Assembly (NCBI GenBank): GCA_051294905.1
Contig: CM119372.1
Span: 39,434,001-39,498,000 of the forward strand
Source of the DNA: Botryllus schlosseri
Lineage: Eukaryota
Direction of reading: 5' to 3'
DNA length: 64,000 nt
Positions 56,104-64,000 of this stretch are shown piece by piece. Below the pieces are notes generated by a model that was given only the letters and a program-made list of their open reading frames with translations, was not told the origin of the DNA and ran no database searches. Position numbers and translations under genes: made by a program. How positions within the stretch are numbered: position 1 is the first letter of the stretch; each line of letters begins with the position of its first letter.

Positions 56104-57344
56104 TCATTTCAATATGAATATACTATTAACTTATATTGATACCCCAAAACACACGAAGTGTGTCAGCTGCTGCTGAGGATACCTATGGCATTCCATGCTG
56201 ACAAAAACCAGCAATCATTAGCCTACTTACCAACGATTGCACCTCGCAATATTCCCCGATTCTAACATCGCAAGGAGTTTGCTTCGGCCAGGACTAAGAC
56301 TTCAAAGCATTGTTACTGTAGGTCTTGTTCCATACACTCAAAAATGATTTTGTCTAAACTTGGTGTAGGCCTACAGCCTTTTCCTATACTGGCTGACGCC
56401 TCCTATCACAGCGAGGTGAAGAAGTTTGGTTTATCACCCTATGGGGGCCCAAGACTATCGTATTGCTTTTTTTAGTGGGGGGGGGGGGGTGAAAAGGTGC
56501 TGTTTTTGCCCTGAGTAAAGGTAAACCTAGACCTGAGCGGTCGTGAGATCAATGAAGCACTTTCTGATAACAAGGAGTTGCTGGAGCGGATCGCTTCTGG
56601 CGAAAGTATGGAAAATGATATGCCACGCCTCGTATAAATACACAGTATGTACGAAACGCTTTTTAATGCCAATCTTATTTTTCGACTGCCCTTATTTTCG
56701 GGTCCATGTCGATCGCAACCCTGCCTATATGTCTGCGGTTTTTGTTGATATCAGCGATAGTTGGGTATATCCACAGTAGTGATAGCTGAGTTTATCCACA
56801 GCTATCACTACTGTGGATATGTCCAGCTATCACAGATACCACTACTGTGGATGTGGAATTGTGGATATACTCAGCTATCGCTACAGTGGATATACTCAGC
56901 TATCGCAGATATCACCAAAAACCGCAAACATAGATGTCATATATAGGTCACGCATCATTTAGGACGCGGGTATCACGGCTGAAGCATGTCGTCTGTGTCC
57001 ATTCAGCGCGCAGATATCAGGTCCGGACCATGCCTGGGAGTATTTGGTGCGCAGGTATCAGCTCCGAAGAATGTCCTTATTAAAATAGTGCGCATCACAA
57101 ACATATACTCATGTATCACTACTGTGGATATACCCAGCTATCGCAGATATCAGCAAAAACTGTAGACATAGGTCATATATAGGTCATGCGTCGTTTAGGA
57201 CGCAGGTATCACGTCTGACGCATGTCTGTGTCCATTAAGCGCGCATATATCCGGTCCGGATCATGCCTGGGGGTATTTAGTGCGCAGGTATCAGCACCGG
57301 AGCATGTCCGGATAAAAATAGTGCGCAGATATCAGGTCTGAGGC

Positions 57345-57930
57345 ATGTCTGGCGCAGCACAAACATATTCCAGAAACGATGTCCGAATGAAAACACAGTC
57401 CGAACACACCCCAGGCATGATGTCCGAACAACTCCCTCCAGACGCGATGTCCCAGTGGCAACACAGTCCCAACACCCCAGACATGATGTCCGAATACACC
57501 CCAGACACGATGTCCGAGGGGCAAAACAATCCGAACTCACCCCGGACACGATGTCTGAATGGCAACACATTCCAAACACACCCCAGACATGATGTCCGAA
57601 CACCCCCTGACACGATGTCCAAGTGACAATACAATCCGAACACACCCCAGGCATGATATCCGAAACACCCAAGACACGATGTCCGAGTGGCAGCACAGTC
57701 GTAACAACCCATACATGATGTCCGAATGGCAACACATTATGAACACGATATCCGAGTTGCAAAACTGTCCATACGCACCCAAGGCATGATGTTCCGAACA
57801 CACCCCAGACACGATGTCCCAGGGGCAAAATAGTCCGAACTCACCCCAGATACGATGTTCGAATGGCAACACAGTCCGAACACACCCCAGACATGTTGCC
57901 CGCACACACCCCACTCGATGTCCGAGCACG
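57345..57930 (-). repeat. Minisatellite in the right foldback arm
   Basis: Reverse complement of the 53221-53620 array with more units. Confidence 0.9.
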
Positions 57931-58779
57931 CCCTACTAGTACTGCATTTTCATGTACAAATGAAGTGTGCTCTTAATACTGCAACTTCATCACTTTACAG
58001 TTTCAAAACCAAAATCAAACAGCTATGAACGAATTCTTCTTGAAGCAAACTTTCATTTAAGATCTTTTTTTCCAAAATATTTTAATATGTTTTTGAGCAA
58101 TCCGCTGTCGAAATCGTGTAATGCCTGACTGACTTCAGATTTTCCCCTCAATTTAACCTTCGACCCTAACCTACAGGGTATTAAATTTCACTTGGAAATA
58201 TAGGCGATCAGACAAGCTTCAGATAAATCCAAGTGCCGTATCTCAACTGTCGTCCAACATTTAGCTACACATTCTTGAATATTTCAATGATAAAACCTGA
58301 GATGTGCAGGCCCGAAATGAGCAGAAAATTGTCAATTTTCAAAGTGACGTAACTTTCGACCCCGAAGTCCAATTTTTATAAAATGAAGTTCATCCTGTTT
58401 GGAATAAACTCATCTCTGCGTGTACCAATTTTCAGGAGATTTGAAGAGGTAGTGATGTGAACATCGTTTGTCGGTGTATGGAATGGCCCAAGAGCTAGAT
58501 AGTCATGTTGCGTCACTATGCCAAAACCCGATCATAATGCAAATTTCTAGGCTGATTTTATTTTTTATTTTTCATTTTCACGACAATTAACAGACTAAAA
58601 TGTATATTTCCGTAATCAGTACAGCATCATCTTTCCATTTATACCCGTATCCATCAGCTTTCCATTGAATTTAGCGTTCGTCAAGCCGGTCAAAAATGGC
58701 CGTAAAGTTGGCTTTGGTCAAATGGAAAGTATGACGTAACCCAAATGCACTGAGCCGTTCAGTCTCGCTGTGCTCACAC

Positions 58780-60474
58780 CATATATGACACTATGAAACC
58801 TCCTTCTTGAACACCACACTGTTCGCTGATGATACTCACCTCATCTCTTCCGCATCTACGACGGCAGAGCTGGACGCTTACTAGAATAGTGACCAAATGC
58901 CGAGAGTGGACGGCCAAAAATAAACTTTGCATATACGCCTCGAAATCCCAATTGCGGACAGTAGATTCAAAAAATAATATCGCTGGTCAGCCTGTTTCCA
59001 ACTAAAAAATGCCAAATATTTCGGGGTTCTACTGGATTCGGACATGTCCTGGAGGAGTCATATTCAGTCCCTAGCTAGACACTAAATTATCACCGAAGTG
59101 CGGCCTGTTCTACAGCCTTATAGACACTCCATGCCAGCCTGGGTTCTTCTGATACTCTTCAAATCCCCAATCCAATCGAAGTTACAATATGGCATCTTCT
59201 GTTGGGGTGCTGACAGTTTATGTGTCAGTTGCACTATGGTCATTGCCCCGAATATTTCAATGACTTTTTTTTACCTCGGAATCAAAAGCGCACAAGTAGC
59301 CTACAACACACGCTCGTCCACGTCGTCCAAATATCATATGATAGACCGAAAAGATCATCGCTCTATCAAATATGCCGGACCTGACGTGTTGAATAGTATC
59401 CCGCAGGCCATCTGTCAGTCGACGAGCATGTCCACATGCAATTCGAAATACAAACAATTTCTACTAAATGAATACTACTAGTCCATCCTCAAGATTACCG
59501 GACCAAAACCTGACCTTTCCATCTCGCTTTCCAAGACATGCCACCCCATTTTTGTCGCTTGCTTTTTTGTACTATCTTCTTTTACTTTTCATTCAGTGTG
59601 CATGCCTCCTCTTTACATCGCCTAGGGCAGTGGTTCCCAACTTTTTTCGTCTCGTGCCCCCCTTGGCCGATATTTGAGCTAAATTTCCCCCCTATGAAAA
59701 AGTTGTCTGTGACTAAAAAAATGTGCGTTTTAACGCGCAACCATTTGTTCACTGAGCAATTATTGGCCAAACATAATCAGATATGCCCGAACTATGTCGA
59801 ATGCGGACCGCGCCACACTTTTGGTAAAGTACAGTTAAATTTGACCGGTCATGTAGTCGCCGACGAAAAATAAATTACCAAGTCCGCTTGCTATGGACTT
59901 GAGTTGAATCGGTGAATTTGGTATGTTTTTCACGTTAGCTCATAGGTTGGCTTAAAAAGTTAAACAATTTCACCATCTTCTTGCTGAATTCGGCTTGACG
60001 TTTTACTGCCTAGTAGCAATTTGGTCGAGAGGCTGTCGCGGGCCCATCGAAATCGTCTCCTGAGCCTCACTTTATCAGGCGGTGTAATATCTACGGAAGC
60101 CATCTAAACATACATCTAGCTTCAAATCCGCCACAGAAAGATACAATTCGTAGGAACTAATTTCTATTTAACAGTTCTATACCATAAAAATCTAAAAACC
60201 TTGTGAACCCAGTGTATTTTCCGATACAATGCCAGATTCCCCCTAAAAATTTAAGTCAGATCCCCCCCTAAAAATTTCAAAATTCCCCCGAAGGGGGGAA
60301 TTACCCCCCGGTTGGGAAACACTGGCCTAGGGCAACGTGGGTGTTTGATTCCATAGACTACTCCAATTCACTTCGACACTTTCGTATCCTTTCATTGTAT
60401 CGCATTTGTGGTTTATTGAACTGATAAAAATTGCTAATAAACCAATGATGATGATGATGATGATGATGATGATG
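58780..60474 (+). mobile_element. 5'-truncated CR1/L2-group LINE
   Basis: RT motifs LFADDT (~58820) and KYFGVLLDSDMSWRSHI, C-terminal YNTRSS..SIKYAGPDVLNSIP, then a 3' UTR with AATAAA and an (ATG)n tail. Confidence 0.85.
59628..60324. mobile_element. hAT MITE in the LINE 3' UTR
   Basis: TIRs cagtggttcccaac / gttgggaaacactg, TSD gcctaggg. Confidence 0.9.
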
Positions 60475-60756
60475 TCAGGATTTAAATAAAAGAGTCGCGA
60501 ACGCCACTCCCAGATCTTCCTAATGCGGAGTGGAGAGTAATTAACGCTTTCAATTTGGACGCTTTGGACTCCTAAATATGATCTGCCGAAAATAACAGTG
60601 AGGTATTGCTAATACGTTATATCGGTCAATGCGTAACCAGATTACCTGAGTAGAAAAATGTACCCACTAGTTACAATGATAATAACACGACCTAATACTA
60701 TTATATGTTATTTACCTAAATCCTACTCATAGAATAAATCTCGTTTACGTTATTAG

Positions 60757-60900
60757 CGGCAGCATTGGCTGAAGGTGAACATGTCACTCAGAAGTTCACA
60801 AAATGCTTGGTAAAAGTTCAAGCCGGAGATAATATTCATGGGAATAAAATCGTCAATCAAACTATGAGTGCTGGAGGCGAAGAAACTACCATAGACCAAG
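60757..60900 (+). CDS. Internal coding exon, repeat 1 with RHIM/amyloid-like motif
   Basis: ttattag|...|gtgagt, 144 bp, phase 1-1, open frame AAALAEGEHVTQKFTKCLVKVQAGDNIHGNKIVNQTMSAGGEETTIDQ. Paralogous to the next exon. Confidence 0.8.
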
Positions 60901-61501
60901 GTGAGTGAAATGCCGTTTTATCCTGAATGCAGGTGTGTCGTTCTGGTGACCAACAAATCAAACTTCATTGTATGTGACTGGAGAAAGCGTTGAAAGTAAG
61001 ATGGCTAGAAAAGAAATAGCTCCTGAATTCTATGTCACTGTAAACTGCATTTTTCACCGATATCTAAGATAACTCCGCCTCAAAGTAACCAGCCTCAACA
61101 TTGGTAAATTGCGACTTGCTCATATAAGCGTAGAATTTCGCCAATCGATTATACCACAGGGTCGAGTGTTCCAAATCCATATGCGAAAACGTCAAACATC
61201 TCACCTTTGTGAAATATGCTGTTCATACTATTGGTAGCGAAACGATTTTAGACCAGTCGCAAAGTTTCATTGCAAAATAATGCTTTGCGATACATGTGGT
61301 TGTGAGATGTCCAGCCAAACGTTATAGATGTCGCACCAGGAAACGGTTTTGTGAATGATATCATGGATGTGTCAGTTTACCGATTTCGATCCAGCTCGGA
61401 AACGACTATTTCGCAATTTGGCGTATTTAAATTTCGGAGTACGCATTATTGTATATGTATACGTATAACCGAATTGCATTTAATAATTCTGTGTATCTTA
61501 G

Positions 61502-61648
61502 TATCGGCAACATTGGCTCAAGGAGGAAATGTCAATCAAGTTAACGAAGACAGCTCGGTAGTTGTCACAGCTGGAGATCAGGTCCATGGAAACAAGATGG
61601 TCAATAACATTACGATTATCGGTGGCGAAGCAAGTCATTCTACTCAAA
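61502..61648 (+). CDS. Internal coding exon, repeat 2 with RHIM/amyloid-like motif
   Basis: tcttag|...|gtaagt, 147 bp, phase 1-1, open frame VSATLAQGGNVNQVNEDSSVVVTAGDQVHGNKMVNNITIIGGEASHSTQ. Confidence 0.8.
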
Positions 61649-61932
61649 GTAAGTGCAGTCTGATATCACAGTATACTGTACGGTGTAACTGTTCAGGCGA
61701 TTTTCTATAATAAGGCGACGGACGAGAGCGTTTTCAGAGAAATGTACCATTGTCGAAATGAAGGCTTACGACTGCCTAAACGGCCACAATAACATGTTCG
61801 TCAATGATCTTACATACCTCTAATATCAATTATTTACTGGGGATGGTGTGAACCTCATGATGCCACGTGGCGTCATATTGCTCATTCCAACCCTACATTT
61901 CAGTGAAGTGATTTATTAGTGTACCCGATACC

Positions 61933-62392
61933 CAGTGGTGGCCCTACGAACGGGGGGGCCCTGGGCGAGACTTACCGGGGGCCCCCTATAAGCATCTATC
62001 CGTAACTTCTGGGGGGCTCCGCCCCCCAGACCCCCCTTCCGCATCGGTTATTATTATCTATCTTGTACCACCGCAAAAGGTTTGCCCAGGTCCTGGATTC
62101 GGCCATGTCTGTTTTGCATGTGTGCGAGGATAGACTACATCAAAACTAAGTAATTCTACCGCATGCAGAGACGACGTGATGATTATCGGGATACGGGACT
62201 TTTCTAACAAATGCAGTGATTTGATGATGATTGACACATCTGTACGGAATCATATTCTTGCTTGGTACACGGATTTCCATGTTTATTCGTCATTCTCCTT
62301 GAAAAAAGCGCAAAATCCAAATAGGGGGCCCCCTTCGACCAGGGGGGGCCCCGGGCGACCGCCCACCTCGCCCACCCCAAAAGCCACCACTG
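61933..62392. mobile_element. hAT MITE nested in a gtgtgaacc-ended MITE (~61838-63200)
   Basis: TIRs cagtggtggc / gccaccactg, TSD ccgatacc. The host segment 61857-61912 is the reverse complement of ~750-808. Confidence 0.85.
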
Positions 62393-63200
62393 CCGATACC
62401 TAGTGACGACTCGTGCCACATTATGTCACAATTCTGAAGTACCTACCGACTTTTTAAACTTCGCCTTATATATCAACTGGGGCAATCAATTGGTATAATA
62501 CTCCCATACAATCAATATTTTACGTCACTTTGCCAACAATTTCGACGAAGACTTGCAGGGGAATACAAGCTTACGTCCTAACGGTCTAGGCCAGACCGGA
62601 GTATGTATTCGGAGTCTGAGTATTGCTACATTTATATTGGGCTGAGTGTCAAAAGGGTTTCCATACTTGCTACCGATATTTTCCAATTAACAAGTTATAC
62701 AGTAGCCAACACCCCAATCACACGGATTTTTTACGATACAATAAACATATCAAATCAAGATGGTCCCCGTTCACCTGCTAAATTTATTACATTCGACAAC
62801 GATGTATTATTTATATGAATTTCGTTGATAGGTTGAATAAGCATCATTCGCTGACCCTACCTACATGTAGCGTATTTGGCTCTTGATATTGTGTGATTGC
62901 GGGACAAGCTCGAAGCAGAGAGTCACTGAATATTTACAAACGGAAAACTGAATATTTCAAGCAAACTTCTGTAACAAAGAAAGTACAGCTTTTGAGATTT
63001 TTTAGGTACACTAGTTTCGTGTTGATTTTTATGCTGCCGCAGCGCCATGCATACAATGACCCGCAGTTGAAATGCAATGAATTGTAACCAAAAAATGTTT
63101 TGATGACGTGGAAAAGTGTAATATATCAAAAAGGTTTACAGTGCAGAACCCACCGAGGGTCGGTTGTAAACGTAAACGTCTAAATTTCAGAGGTTCACAC

Positions 63201-64000
63201 CAGACATCGGGTGATTACTTCATGAATGTAATCGATTGCGATTACGATTACGATTACAGCAAAATCGGGAAGTAGTCGATTACGATTACGATTACATTGG
63301 AAAAGTAATCACGATTACTCACGATTACATTTATTTTGCATTTTAGAAGTTGTATTGGAAGACAATATATGGATGGTGCTGAAAAGGCCTAATGAGATAA
63401 CAAACTTCCTTTAAAAAAGATGCGTCATTTGCTTGTTACGTCATAATGTACCCATTGCCCTTATTTATAGAGGACGATTTATCGCACCCAACCAATTGCA
63501 TTCTTGCCAGGTCCATGACTGCCGCACCACAAATTTCCCAATAGGGTGGGGAGCGAGCTCGGAGGGGACTCAAGAGTATTTCGTAAACCAACATAAATTA
63601 TAGAGTATTCTCGAAAGATTTAATTAACTTTAAATCCTCTCTAGAAAAGCTTGATTTTAGAATGCATACGTCTCTCCCTCAACAAAAAAGCATATATAAT
63701 TTATAGTAGGCATGCATTTAAAACAAATGGTTGTTTAAAACACATTGTTTAAAACTTGTTTTGAACAGTGTTTTAAAAAAAGGCAAAAAAAAAACTAAGT
63801 TGTGTTTTTTCAAGTTGTAAAATTATGCCATAATGGTGTAAATGCTTTCCACAATTACCACCCGATTCAGCCGACGAACATCGATATGAGATGGTTGGAA
63901 CCCCTCAAAATATGTCGGTTCAACAGTTATAGTACAGATATTTCGTAAAAGGAGCTATATTTACCCTATATTTTCAATTGTCAATGTCAATCCACATTGG
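63201..64000. mobile_element. hAT-like MITE with (GATTAC)n subterminal repeats, running off the window
   Basis: cagacatcgggtgattac start followed by gattac/gtaatc arrays. Right end not seen. Confidence 0.55.

Larger units (their letters stand above)
55051..56125 (+). mobile_element. 5'-truncated Penelope-like retroelement with inverted pseudo-LTR
   Basis: GIY-YIG endonuclease coding. 55089-55573 is the reverse complement of 55642-56127. Flanking duplication ttaacttatattga; the empty site is visible in the 32006-33395 copy (~32720). Confidence 0.9.
53789..56723 (+). mobile_element. Deleted hAT element, same family as 32006-33395
   Basis: Ends cagggt(tgccat) / cgcaaccctg, TSD cctatatg. Collinear with 32006-33395. 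Confidence 0.85.
51691..58489. mobile_element. Sola2-like foldback element with >1 kb inverted arms
   Basis: Ends gggctattcca / tggaatggccc, 4-bp TSD aaga. The arms are reverse-complementary over their whole length once nested inserts are removed. GRG termini, a 4-bp TSD and long TIRs fit Sola2. Confidence 0.7.

Noticed and set aside
53025..57929. Cluster of long overlapping ORFs and a CRISPR-like repeat/spacer look
   Set aside because: These are translations of a 24/42-bp minisatellite in foldback arms. The apparent spacers resemble each other, there are no cas genes, and the context is eukaryotic.
61351..61710. 119-aa ORF with a hydrophobic signal-like stretch
   Set aside because: Only 61502-61648 is supported as exon. 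The hydrophobic part is intron read-through upstream of the acceptor.

Overview
Eukaryotic, transposon-saturated animal DNA. The repeat content and splice signals fit an invertebrate, possibly a tunicate, but this is unverified. There are no prokaryotic genes, rRNA or CRISPR. Most of the window is decayed or non-autonomous mobile DNA whose ends and target-site duplications (TSDs) can be read directly: many hAT elements, Harbinger, CMC/EnSpm-like, Sola2-like foldback and Merlin-like elements, I/Jockey-type and CR1/L2-type LINE remnants, two tRNA-derived SINEs, a solo LTR, and a Penelope-like retroelement with inverted pseudo-LTRs carrying hammerhead ribozyme cores. They form deep nests, up to about 8 levels at 16.1-26.7 kb. 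The only convincing host coding signal is the 5' part of a + strand spliced gene: an ATG exon at 42460-42535 and two paralogous phase-1 exons (60757-60900, 61502-61648), each encoding a RHIM/amyloid-signalling-like motif (VxxGDxxHGNKxVN). The gene continues beyond the window. A heavily decayed NACHT/NLR-like pseudogene may lie on the - strand, split by the big nest (low confidence).
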